Positions 19,099 through 27,677 of a stretch of DNA of 64,000 nucleotides are shown one piece after another. The stretch spans positions 29,780-93,779 of the forward strand of contig MFQC01000001.1 in the NCBI GenBank assembly GCA_001784285.1, read 5' to 3'. The notes below the pieces were generated by a model. It was not told the origin of the DNA, ran no database searches, and saw nothing but the letters and a program-made list of their open reading frames with translations. The position numbers were made by a program, and so were the translations under genes. The DNA comes from Candidatus Magasanikbacteria bacterium RIFCSPHIGHO2_02_FULL_48_18 (GTDB taxonomy: Bacteria > Patescibacteriota > Patescibacteriia > Magasanikbacterales > UBA922). Position 1 is the first letter of the stretch. Every line of letters starts with the position of its first letter.

Positions 19099-19764
19099 AT
19101 GAAGGAAAAACAAAAAAAAATATTCTACACCGGTTTTATCGCGATTGGACTCTTTACCATGCAAATACCATTCAGCCAATTGCTCGGCGTGCAGAATCTG
19201 CGTTTTAGTCTCTTTGATTTTTATGGACCCATTGCCGGCGCATTCATAGGGTCCGGGGCAGGTCTTCTCACTGTGCTTGGCATTCAAGCAGTAAATTGGG
19301 CGATACACGGGTTCGCGCTTGATCTTGGAACATTGCTACGTTTCTTGCCGGTTTTATTTGGGGTCTTATACTTTGCCAAATCAAGCAAATGGATCCTCGC
19401 AGTTCCGATTATCGCCATGATAGGATTTTGGTTGCACCCCGAAGGCCGCACGGCCTGGTACTTTGCGCTGTACTGGACTATTCCGCTTTTCATGCATTTT
19501 TTGCGCGACAAATACGTCTTTGCGCGGGCGATCGGCGCCACGTTTACCCAGCACAGCGTGGGCGGACTGTTGTGGATATATGCGTTTAACATGAAAGCAG
19601 TCGTCTGGGTTGGACTTGTGCCGATTGTGTGGAAAGAACGGCTTGTTATGGCCGGAGGGATTACACTCACATATATTGCGTTCAACTACCTCTTCAGCCT
19701 CATTTCGGAAAAGACGAAATTCAAAATTCCTTTTGTCCAAATACATGAACGGTTCCGCGCCTGA
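19099..19764 (+). CDS. Polytopic membrane protein, ECF S-component-like (possibly folate uptake)
   Basis: About 6 TM helices. RFSLFDFYGPIAGAFIGSGAG resembles the helix 2-3 segment of S-components. Lies 6 nt upstream of folC. Confidence 0.5.
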   Translation: MKEKQKKIFYTGFIAIGLFTMQIPFSQLLGVQNLRFSLFDFYGPIAGAFIGSGAGLLTVLGIQAVNWAIHGFALDLGTLLRFLPVLFGVLYFAKSSKWILAVPIIAMIGFWLHPEGRTAWYFALYWTIPLFMHFLRDKYVFARAIGATFTQHSVGGLLWIYAFNMKAVVWVGLVPIVWKERLVMAGGITLTYIAFNYLFSLISEKTKFKIPFVQIHERFRA

Positions 19765-19770
19765 TCTCCT

Positions 19771-21087
19771 ATGACTGCGAATGAAGCCGAACAATTTCTC
19801 TTTTCTCTTTTTAATCTTCCGAGAAAAGAATATATGGCTTCTCCAAAAAAGAGCGCAATCTATCTTCAGCGCCTGCAATTTTTTTTGGATATTCTTGAAA
19901 ACCCGGAAAAACGCATCCCGCATTACATCCATGTGACCGGCACGAGCGGAAAAGGATCTGTGGTGAATTTTATTCACAGCATTTTTTTTGCCGCTGGAAA
20001 GCGCGTCGGATCCACGACGTCCCCTCATCCAACCATATTGCGAGAACGATGGCGTGTTGGCAAGACAATGATGAGTGAAAGTGATTTTGTAAACATTGTG
20101 GCTCGCATAAAAATGGCGCTCGACACCTACATACGGACATCACCGTATGATATAATTTCCTATTTTGAACTCACAACCGCGATCGCGCTTTTGTATTTTG
20201 CGCAAAAAAAAGTCTCATATGCAGTTGTGGAAGTCGGTTGCGGCGGACGCTTCGACGGCACAAACATTATTCCCCATAAAGATATCGCCATTATAACGAA
20301 CATCGGGACTGATCATGCCGATATCATTGGGCCAACAAAAAAAGATATCGCCCGTGAAAAAGCCGGTATTATCTCAAAAAAATGTACCGTTTTTTCGTCT
20401 ATCAAAGAATCTTGGTTAGAAGAGATAGTCAAAAAAGAAGTAACAAAAAAAAATGCAACGTACCGGCATGTGAACATACCCAGCAAGGCTATCACCATGA
20501 ATACAACGGGAACGTCATTCCCGTTTGGAGGCGAGCGCTACCATCTTTCGGTTATCGGCAAACACCAAGCGACAAACGCGGCGCTTGCCATAACCGCAGC
20601 ACTTGAGCTCGGTATTCAAAAAAAGGCCATCCATCGGGGTCTCGCGCAGACCAACCATTCATGTGCGCTTGAACGATTCAATACGAAATCGGGACTCGTT
20701 CTTCTTGATAGCGCGCACAATGAACAAAAGATGAAAACAACGGTGGACGCTCTCCGAGAATGGTATCCAGATCATCCGATTGCGCTTTTGGTTGGATTTT
20801 CCGAAAACAAGCCGGTACGAAAAATGGTGCGCCAGCTCCGCGAGCTCAATCTCGACTCAGTCGCGTGTACGCGCAATTCGGTGAACCCATTCCGAAAAGT
20901 AGCGCCGCCGCAAGACATTGCCGCCCTCTTTTGTGGCGCCGTGCCGGCAAAAAAAATTACCTCACACCTTGATCCCAGAGACGCGCTCACCGCGCTGAAT
21001 ACATTCAAAGAAAAAAAAACCATTCTCCTTATTACAGGGTCCCTCTTTCTGGCCGGCCAACTTCGGCCGATCATAAAAAACATCTGA
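19771..21087 (+). CDS. folC: Folylpolyglutamate synthase/dihydrofolate synthase
   Basis: IHVTGTSGKGS, TSPH, FELTTA, EVGCGGRFDGTN, DH...G...IAREKAGI, LDSAHN, GSLFLAG. Confidence 0.93.
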   Translation: MTANEAEQFLFSLFNLPRKEYMASPKKSAIYLQRLQFFLDILENPEKRIPHYIHVTGTSGKGSVVNFIHSIFFAAGKRVGSTTSPHPTILRERWRVGKTMMSESDFVNIVARIKMALDTYIRTSPYDIISYFELTTAIALLYFAQKKVSYAVVEVGCGGRFDGTNIIPHKDIAIITNIGTDHADIIGPTKKDIAREKAGIISKKCTVFSSIKESWLEEIVKKEVTKKNATYRHVNIPSKAITMNTTGTSFPFGGERYHLSVIGKHQATNAALAITAALELGIQKKAIHRGLAQTNHSCALERFNTKSGLVLLDSAHNEQKMKTTVDALREWYPDHPIALLVGFSENKPVRKMVRQLRELNLDSVACTRNSVNPFRKVAPPQDIAALFCGAVPAKKITSHLDPRDALTALNTFKEKKTILLITGSLFLAGQLRPIIKNI

Positions 21088-21101
21088 TACAAAGCAATGA
21101 G

Positions 21102-21130
21102 TTGACAGTGAGCTCATTCTCCTCTATGCT
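21102..21130 (+). promoter_or_regulatory. sigma70 promoter TTGACA-17-TATGCT for topA (near-leaderless)
   Basis: The -10 ends 9 nt before ATG 21140. Confidence 0.7.
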
Positions 21131-21139
21131 GTCCTTCAT

Positions 21140-23449
21140 ATGAAAAAAACGCTCGTGATCGTTGAGAGCCCCACCAAAGCAAAGACCATTGCAAAATTTC
21201 TTGGCAATGACTTCAGTGTCGAGTCCTCGTTTGGACACGTGAGAGACCTCCCGAAAAGCAAAATGGGGGTTGATATCGACGGCGGCACGTTTGAACCGCA
21301 GTACGCCATTTCGCGAGAGAAAACCGCGCAGGTAAAAAAACTGAAAGACCTCGCCAAACAAGCAACGACCATCATCTTCGCCACAGATGAAGATCGAGAA
21401 GGCGAAGCCATTGCGTGGCATCTCACCCATATTCTCGGCATTGATCCAAAAAAGGCAGAACGCATGGTTTTTCATGAAATTACCAAAACCGCAATTGACG
21501 AAGCGCTCAAACATCCGCGGCATATCGATCAGCGACTGGTTGACGCCCAACAAGCGCGACGGGTGCTCGATCGGCTGGTTGGGTATGAATTATCTCCCCT
21601 CTTATGGAAAAAAGTTGCGCGAGGACTTTCTGCCGGCCGCGTCCAATCGGTTGCGGTGCGTCTCATTGTGGAACGCGAACGAGAAATCAAGGCATTTATC
21701 CCAAAAGAATTTTGGACCATCCACGGACTCTTTCAGAATGCGCGCGCATCGCTCCCCCAGCCGCTCAAATCGGTCCTTCATAGTCTTGACGAAAAAAAAA
21801 TACAAAAATTCGATTTTGGATCCAAAGAATCGGTTACCCCCATTGTCGATGATATTCAAAAAACACCATACGCGGTTGAAAAAATTGAAAAAAAAGAAAC
21901 CAAACGCACGCCGCCGCCGCCGTTTACCACCTCAACACTGCAACAAAGCGCCAATCAAAAACTTGGGTATTCGAGCAAGCAAACCATGGTTCTCGCCCAA
22001 CAACTTTACGAAGGCATCCCGCTTGGAAGTGAAGGTTCTGTTGGTCTCATTACCTACATGCGAACGGATTCGGTAAACCTTTCACAAAAATTTCTTCAAG
22101 AATGTACCGCGTTTTTAGAAAACCGTTACGGCCCGACATACGCATTGACCCAGCCCCGTGTATACAAGACAAAATCAAAAGGCGCCCAAGAAGCGCATGA
22201 AGCAATCCGGCCGACCGACCCAGCCCGCACACCCGAAGCCATCAAAAACTACCTTGACCCTCGCCAACTCAAACTGTACACCCTCATTTGGAAACGCGCC
22301 GTTGCGACACAAATGGCTGAAGCGCGTCTCAATAAAACCAATGTTCACATCTCCGGAAAAGGGATGCTCCACACGTACACATTCCGCGCAAACGGACAAT
22401 CCATGACGTTTGACGGATGGCTTGCGCTCTATCCGCAGGCGATAAAAGAAGAAATGCTTCCTGATGTAACAGAAAAAGAAGCGATGACACTTGAAACATT
22501 GAACAGCGAACAATCCTTTACCGAGCCGCCCGCGCGATATTCTGACGCAACCCTGGTCAAGGCGCTCGAAGAACAAGGCATTGGACGACCATCAACCTAC
22601 GCCCCGACCATCGCAACGATTGAAGCGAGAAACTATGTCGAAAGGGACGATGACAAACGTCTTTCGCCAACCGACATCGCGCTCGTCGTGAATGATTTAT
22701 TGGTTGAACACTTTAGTGATATTGTTGATTATGGGTTTACCGCGCAAATGGAAGAAAACTTGGATGACATCGCGGAAGGGAAAAAAGATTGGCAGCCAAT
22801 TATTGCGACATTTTATCATCCATTCCACAAAAATATTGAAGAAAAAACCGACCAACTCTCCAAAGAAAATGTAGTTGGCGCAAAAGACCTCGGCGTTGAT
22901 CCGGAATCCGGAAAAAAAATTTCCGTTCGCGTAGGCCGGTACGGGCCGTTTGTGCAAAAAGGCACAAAAGATGATGATAAAAAACCAACGTTCGCGTCTC
23001 TTCCAAAAAACGTTCGTATTGACGACGTGACGCTTTCACAAGCGCTCACGTGGTTGCGGTTGCCACGGGTGCTCGGAACCGACAATGAGGGGCATGCCAT
23101 TATTGCGAATGTGGGCCGCTTTGGCCCCTATGTGCAGGTAGAAAAAAAATATTATAGTTTGAAAGATGACGACCCATATACGATTGACCTTGTCCGCGCA
23201 AATGAAATCATCGCAGAAAAAAAAGAAGCCGAAGCAAAAGCCATCATCAAGACGTTTAACGACACCAATATTGTGGTAAGGCAAGGGCGCTATGGGCCAT
23301 ATATTACGGATGGCGCGACGAACGCAAAAATTCCAAAGACAACCGACCCCTCATCGCTTGATGAAGCGTCCTGCCGAGAGCTTCTTGAAGAAGCGGCAAA
23401 AAAACCGAAAGGAAGAGGCCGCGCTCGAACAAAAAAAACCGCAAAATAA
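21140..23449 (+). CDS. topA: DNA topoisomerase I
   Basis: LVIVESPTKAKTI, DEDREGE, SAGRVQS, ITYMRTD (catalytic Tyr) and C-terminal GRYGPY repeats. Confidence 0.97.
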   Translation: MKKTLVIVESPTKAKTIAKFLGNDFSVESSFGHVRDLPKSKMGVDIDGGTFEPQYAISREKTAQVKKLKDLAKQATTIIFATDEDREGEAIAWHLTHILGIDPKKAERMVFHEITKTAIDEALKHPRHIDQRLVDAQQARRVLDRLVGYELSPLLWKKVARGLSAGRVQSVAVRLIVEREREIKAFIPKEFWTIHGLFQNARASLPQPLKSVLHSLDEKKIQKFDFGSKESVTPIVDDIQKTPYAVEKIEKKETKRTPPPPFTTSTLQQSANQKLGYSSKQTMVLAQQLYEGIPLGSEGSVGLITYMRTDSVNLSQKFLQECTAFLENRYGPTYALTQPRVYKTKSKGAQEAHEAIRPTDPARTPEAIKNYLDPRQLKLYTLIWKRAVATQMAEARLNKTNVHISGKGMLHTYTFRANGQSMTFDGWLALYPQAIKEEMLPDVTEKEAMTLETLNSEQSFTEPPARYSDATLVKALEEQGIGRPSTYAPTIATIEARNYVERDDDKRLSPTDIALVVNDLLVEHFSDIVDYGFTAQMEENLDDIAEGKKDWQPIIATFYHPFHKNIEEKTDQLSKENVVGAKDLGVDPESGKKISVRVGRYGPFVQKGTKDDDKKPTFASLPKNVRIDDVTLSQALTWLRLPRVLGTDNEGHAIIANVGRFGPYVQVEKKYYSLKDDDPYTIDLVRANEIIAEKKEAEAKAIIKTFNDTNIVVRQGRYGPYITDGATNAKIPKTTDPSSLDEASCRELLEEAAKKPKGRGRARTKKTAK

Positions 23450-23537
23450 AACAATCCCGCCATGTGGCGGGGTTGTTTGTGTAGCGAGAAGGAATTCCCC
23501 AATGCCTAGGGTGATGTTAGGGCCCTTACCTCGCTAC
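23443..23537 (-). ncRNA. Candidate small RNA 2 (~95 nt, long hairpin plus terminator)
   Basis: Promoter CTGTAC-17-TATACT with extended TG (23573-23545). Predicted +1 near 23537 at the base of hairpin GUAGCGAG/CUCGCUAC, AAGG/CCUU, CCCUAA/UUGGGG; the G-U pair favours the minus strand. Confidence 0.5.
23449..23478. terminator. Bidirectional intrinsic terminator
   Basis: AAACAATCCCGCC-ATGT-GGCGGGGTTGTTT, with U-rich tails on both strands. Confidence 0.75.
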
Positions 23538-23577
23538 AAGCTACAGTATATCAAAAATTCTTATTTTGTACAGCAGT

Positions 23578-23651
23578 AATAAAGAGAAAACCCCGCCCTG
23601 GTAAAAGGATGGGGTTTTCTTTCGGCGTTTGGGTTTTTCCCTAACATCACT
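23578..23651 (-). ncRNA. Candidate small RNA 1 (~70 nt)
   Basis: Promoter TTGACA-17-TATAGT (23686-23658), predicted +1 A at 23651, terminator AGAAAACCCC...GGGGUUUUCUCUUU (23620-23581). No plausible ORF. Confidence 0.55.
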
Positions 23652-23806
23652 AAAAAAACTATAACATAAAACATTCCTTTTGTCAAGAGGGCAAAAAATA
23701 AAAAAAATTGCTCTATAAAGCAAAAAAAAAATTAAAAAAAAGCCCTTGCAAAGGGAAAAAGGTCAGGATACACTATAATGAGACAAAAAGTCCGTTTTCT
23801 TCAAAT

Positions 23807-25300
23807 ATGAAAAAAATAGCACCACAAACAATTGATACTCTCCTGTCAATCATTCAGCACTACCATAAAGACCCAAATCGGCAAGCGGATCTGGATTTGG
23901 TACGCCGCGCATATGACTTTGCACATACCGCGCATAACGGTCAAACCCGGCGGAGCGGCGATCCGTATATTGTGCACCCCCTTGCCGCGGCCCATATTTT
24001 GGCAAACATGCATATTGATCCTGTTATTATCGCGGCAACGCTCCTTCATGATGTTCCGGAAGACACAGGGATCACCTTGGAAGAAATTGAACAACAATTT
24101 GGCGAAGAAATTACCTCTCTCGTCCGAGGGATCACCAAGCTCGGAAAACTCAAGTATCGAGGCGTTGAGCGGTATATTGAAAATCTCCGAAAAATGTTTG
24201 TCGCCATGGCCGAAGATGTCCGAGTCATGATTATCAAATTTGCCGACCGTATTCACAACCTCCAGACGCTCGACGCGCTTCCCCCTCAAAAACAATATCG
24301 GATTGCCCTTGAAAGTTTGGAAATTTACGCGCCGATCGCAAATCGACTCGGCATGGACAATATTAAAGGAACGCTGGAAAATCTCTCGTTTCGATATGTC
24401 TACCCCAAAGAATACGAACGCGTTAAAAAACTCCGGCAAGAAAAATTAAAAGGAAAAGAGCAATATCTCCAAGAAATGGTTAAACGAGCGGAAGAAGAAA
24501 TCAAAATGGCGGGCATCCGCATGGTGTCAATCCGTGGAAGAAACAAGCGGCTCTACAGCTTTTATCAAAAACTCATCCGAAAAGACAACCAAGTGGCAAA
24601 AATTTACGATCTTGTAGCGCTCCGCATTATTGTGCCGACCATTGCTGATTGCTACGCGACGCTCGGCATTCTGCACAATGTGTGGAAGCCGGTCAAGGGC
24701 CGCATCAAAGATTATATCTCCCAACCAAAACCAAATGGCTACCAATCGCTCCATACCAGCGTCTTCGCGGAAGACGGAGAAATCGTTGAATTCCAAATAC
24801 GCACCTCGGAAATGGAGGAAACCGCGGAGTATGGAACTGCGGCGCATTGGCGCTATGACGAAAGCGGCCACGGACGGGCGGCAAAACGAGAAATTCAGTG
24901 GGCAAAAGAACTTGCGGAAATCCAAAAAGACATTTTAGGAAAATTATCCGATCTTGAAGAAATAAAAATTGATTTTTTGCAAACTCGCATTTTTGTGTTT
25001 ACCCCGCGTGGAGATGTGATTGACCTCCCGGAAGGAGCAACGCCGGTTGACTTTGCGTATCACATTCATACGGACATCGGCAACAAATGCAGTGCCGCCA
25101 TTATCAATGACAAAATCGCCCGCCTTGATACCGAACTCAAAAATGGAGACGTCGTTGAAATCATCACGGAAAAAAACAGAAAAGGACCAAACCAAGACTG
25201 GCTCAAATTCGTCAAAACCCACACGGCCCGCTACCACATCAAAAGCCAACAAAAAAACAAACTCAGCGGATGGTTTAAGTCCGTTTTGCCAAAAAAATAA
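23807..25300 (+). CDS. rel: Bifunctional (p)ppGpp synthetase/hydrolase Rel (HD-SYN-TGS, no ZFD/ACT)
   Basis: RRSGDPYIVHP, LLHDVPED, KFADRIHN, KDYISQPKPNGYQSLHT, EFQIRT, TGS (VFTPRGD...DFAYHIHT). Promoter TTGCAA-17-TACACT at 23746-23774. Confidence 0.95.
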   Translation: MKKIAPQTIDTLLSIIQHYHKDPNRQADLDLVRRAYDFAHTAHNGQTRRSGDPYIVHPLAAAHILANMHIDPVIIAATLLHDVPEDTGITLEEIEQQFGEEITSLVRGITKLGKLKYRGVERYIENLRKMFVAMAEDVRVMIIKFADRIHNLQTLDALPPQKQYRIALESLEIYAPIANRLGMDNIKGTLENLSFRYVYPKEYERVKKLRQEKLKGKEQYLQEMVKRAEEEIKMAGIRMVSIRGRNKRLYSFYQKLIRKDNQVAKIYDLVALRIIVPTIADCYATLGILHNVWKPVKGRIKDYISQPKPNGYQSLHTSVFAEDGEIVEFQIRTSEMEETAEYGTAAHWRYDESGHGRAAKREIQWAKELAEIQKDILGKLSDLEEIKIDFLQTRIFVFTPRGDVIDLPEGATPVDFAYHIHTDIGNKCSAAIINDKIARLDTELKNGDVVEIITEKNRKGPNQDWLKFVKTHTARYHIKSQQKNKLSGWFKSVLPKK

Positions 25301-25324
25301 GTTTCCAGAGCGAGTTCAGTTCAC

Positions 25325-26185
25325 TTACGATATGAGTTCTTCAATGAGACGCTTCAACTCTGGCCGCGAATAATATTCGATAGTAATGGTTCCCTGCTCC
25401 CCTTTTTGTGTAATGTGCACTCTCGTGCCAAAGCGATCCTCTATCAATTGCTCTTGCGCGATAATATTGGGATCGCGCCGCACCGATCCTTTGCGGGATG
25501 GAGCTCCTTTTTGCGCCACCGCTCGCTCCACATCACGAACGCTCATCGCTTCTCCCATCATGCTTTTGAAAACGGACCGTTGCTCTTTTTCGCTTTTGAG
25601 ACTCAATAAGGCACGCGCCTTCCCCATGGCCAGTTTTCCGTCAACCAACGCCTTTTGGATTTCATCCGGCAAATCCAAGAGACGGACGATATTTGCAACC
25701 GCAGACCGGCTTTTCCCCACTTGATCGGCTACCTCTTGTTGCGTCAACCCAAACTCATCCATGAGTCTTTGATACGCAAACGCTTCTTCAATAGGGTTCA
25801 AATTTTGTCGTTGGATATTCTCGATAAGAGCGAGCTCCAGCTTTTCTTTTTGCGTGGCCGTGCGAACAAGACACGGAATGGTCGAGAGCCCGGCAATCTG
25901 TGACGCGCGCAGGCGTCTTTCACCGGCAACCAATTCATACCCCCCATCGGCTTTTTCGGTGACGATAATGGGCTGTAAAACGCCGTGGGCGCGTATTGAC
26001 GCCGTCAAATCTTCCAATTCCTGATGAGAAAAAATTTTTCGCGGTTGTTCGGCATTGGGGACAATTTCAGAAAGAGGAATATGCCATATTCGATCGGCGT
26101 GTTGTTCTGTCGATGCCTGCTCTTTTTTCTTTTCTTTTATTTTTTGTTGAGGAATCAATGATTGCAGTCCTTTTCCTAATGCCAT
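25325..26185 (-). CDS. parB: Chromosome partitioning protein ParB/Spo0J
   Basis: MALGKGL, PNAEQPRK, GVLQP, VAGERRLRA, LIENIQR and HTH. Confidence 0.96.
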   Translation of the reverse strand: MALGKGLQSLIPQQKIKEKKKEQASTEQHADRIWHIPLSEIVPNAEQPRKIFSHQELEDLTASIRAHGVLQPIIVTEKADGGYELVAGERRLRASQIAGLSTIPCLVRTATQKEKLELALIENIQRQNLNPIEEAFAYQRLMDEFGLTQQEVADQVGKSRSAVANIVRLLDLPDEIQKALVDGKLAMGKARALLSLKSEKEQRSVFKSMMGEAMSVRDVERAVAQKGAPSRKGSVRRDPNIIAQEQLIEDRFGTRVHITQKGEQGTITIEYYSRPELKRLIEELIS

Positions 26186-26217
26186 ACAACACAAAAAGAA
26201 ATAAATAACCTTGCATG

Positions 26218-26994
26218 CTAGATCGCATGATTTTCATGCCGTTCAATAACTTCTCTTGCCAATTTTTCGTACGCCCGCGCGCCCTTGCCTTTGGGATCAT
26301 AGTGCGCGATGGATTGGCCAAAGCTCGGCGCTTCCGCCAAACGAACGGTTCGCGGAATAACGGAACGGAAAATACCGTCCGGGAAATATTTGTACAATTC
26401 ATGCATAATTTCTTCGGAGAGCCGGGTACGTTTGTCAAACATGGTAATCACCGCGCCCAATATGGATAATTCCGGCTTGAGGTGCTCTCGCACGAGCTCA
26501 ATCGTGCGTACCAATTGTCCCAAGCCCTCAAGCGCGTAATATTCCGCCTGGACAGGAATAAGCACCTCATCCGACGCGACGAGGCTATTTATGGTAAGCA
26601 ACCCAAGAGACGGCGGACAGTCGACGATAATATAATCATACGCGTGCGTGACTTCGTCCAACAAATCATGCAACCGGTATTCCCGCCGGTCCATGGTCAC
26701 AAGTTCGATATTTGCCCCGGCCAAATTCATGGTTGCCGGTAACACACGAAGCCCGTCATGAGCGGTATTGTTGACCACGTCATGAATCCGTTTTTCTCCG
26801 GCCAAGGCCTCATACAGGCCATGCGACAAATCATCGCGGGAAATACCCAAACCGCTTGTGGCGTTGCCCTGCGGGTCCATGTCGACCAGCAATACAAACT
26901 TGCCCATATCGGCAAGATACGCCGCCAAATTCATGGCCGTAGTGGTCTTTCCCACCCCCCCTTTTTGGTTGACAATCGCAATGGTTCGATGCAT
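26218..26994 (-). CDS. parA: Chromosome partitioning ATPase ParA/Soj
   Basis: NQKGGVGKTT, DPQGNAT, DCPPSLG, IPRTVRLAEAPS. Confidence 0.96.
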   Translation of the reverse strand: MHRTIAIVNQKGGVGKTTTAMNLAAYLADMGKFVLLVDMDPQGNATSGLGISRDDLSHGLYEALAGEKRIHDVVNNTAHDGLRVLPATMNLAGANIELVTMDRREYRLHDLLDEVTHAYDYIIVDCPPSLGLLTINSLVASDEVLIPVQAEYYALEGLGQLVRTIELVREHLKPELSILGAVITMFDKRTRLSEEIMHELYKYFPDGIFRSVIPRTVRLAEAPSFGQSIAHYDPKGKGARAYEKLAREVIERHENHAI

Positions 26995-27074
26995 AGAGAA
27001 ACAGACTCTCTTTCAGTATACAGGAAATTGACAAACCAAACAATGGACGGTATACTTTTTTTTGCTCGAGACAC

Positions 27075-27156
27075 GCCGATGTGATGAAATTGGTAAACAT
27101 GCACGACTCAAAATCGTGTGCCGCAAGGCTTGTGGGTTCGATTCCCACCATCGGCA
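27075..27156 (+). tRNA. tRNA-Leu (anticodon CAA), CCA not encoded
   Basis: GCCGATG/CATCGGC acceptor stem, CACGA-CTCAAAA-TCGTG anticodon arm, variable arm GCCGCAAGGC, T-loop GGTTCGATTCC. Promoter TTGACA-17-TATACT at 27028-27056. Confidence 0.95.
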
Positions 27157-27172
27157 CAAATGTTGAGAAACT

Positions 27173-27676
27173 TTATAACAGCCACCGCAATGCGCCGCCG
27201 GCAAAGAGCGTTATCGCGGTTACAATGGTCGCCGCCATGCATACCCCGGCCAAAATGAGCGGAAACGATTTCCGAAACGGGATATTAAAAATAAACGCCA
27301 CGAGCGACCCCGACCACGAACCTGTGAATGGAAGCGGAATCCCCACAAAAACCACAAGTGCCACTTCGCCGTATCGTTCATATTTTCCGGAAAACGCCTT
27401 TTCTGCGCTCTCCATTTTTTTGGTGAGGAGCTTCCCCAGAAATTTTCTCCGAATCATCCACGCGTGCAGTCGAGGAACTAAAAATAAAATAAATATTGCC
27501 GGAAGCATGTCTCCCAATACCGAAAGCACCCATACTTTCCATATAGGAAGCCCATACACTTCAATACCAACCGGTATGGACACGCGCAGTTCGGTAATGG
27601 GAATCATGGAAATAAAAAAAACCGCCCATTCCGGAGAAAGATTTGCAAATAGCGAAAGAGAAAACAAATCAAACAT
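27173..27676 (-). CDS. Small multi-drug export-like membrane protein (COG2426)
   Basis: SMIPITELRVSIP and FVGIPLPFTGSWSG motifs. Confidence 0.85.
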   Translation of the reverse strand: MFDLFSLSLFANLSPEWAVFFISMIPITELRVSIPVGIEVYGLPIWKVWVLSVLGDMLPAIFILFLVPRLHAWMIRRKFLGKLLTKKMESAEKAFSGKYERYGEVALVVFVGIPLPFTGSWSGSLVAFIFNIPFRKSFPLILAGVCMAATIVTAITLFAGGALRWLL

Positions 27677-27677
27677 A

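Noticed and set aside
23502-23579. 25-aa + strand ORF MPRVMLGPLPRYKLQYIKNSYFVQQ as a type I toxin antisense to sRNA2
   Set aside because: It is not hydrophobic, lies just behind the topA terminator with no evident + strand promoter, and the hairpin G-U pair favours the minus strand. Not fully excluded.
25300-25325. Gene-strand switch (mostly + before, - after) as replication terminus
   Set aside because: Spot checks suggest the + strand is mostly C>G on both sides, so there is no skew inversion. No dif-like site was seen, and parAB is usually origin-proximal. A cumulative skew plot would settle it.
27075-27156. tRNA genes as island integration sites
   Set aside because: No integrase and no duplicated tRNA 3' ends; the flanking genes are housekeeping.
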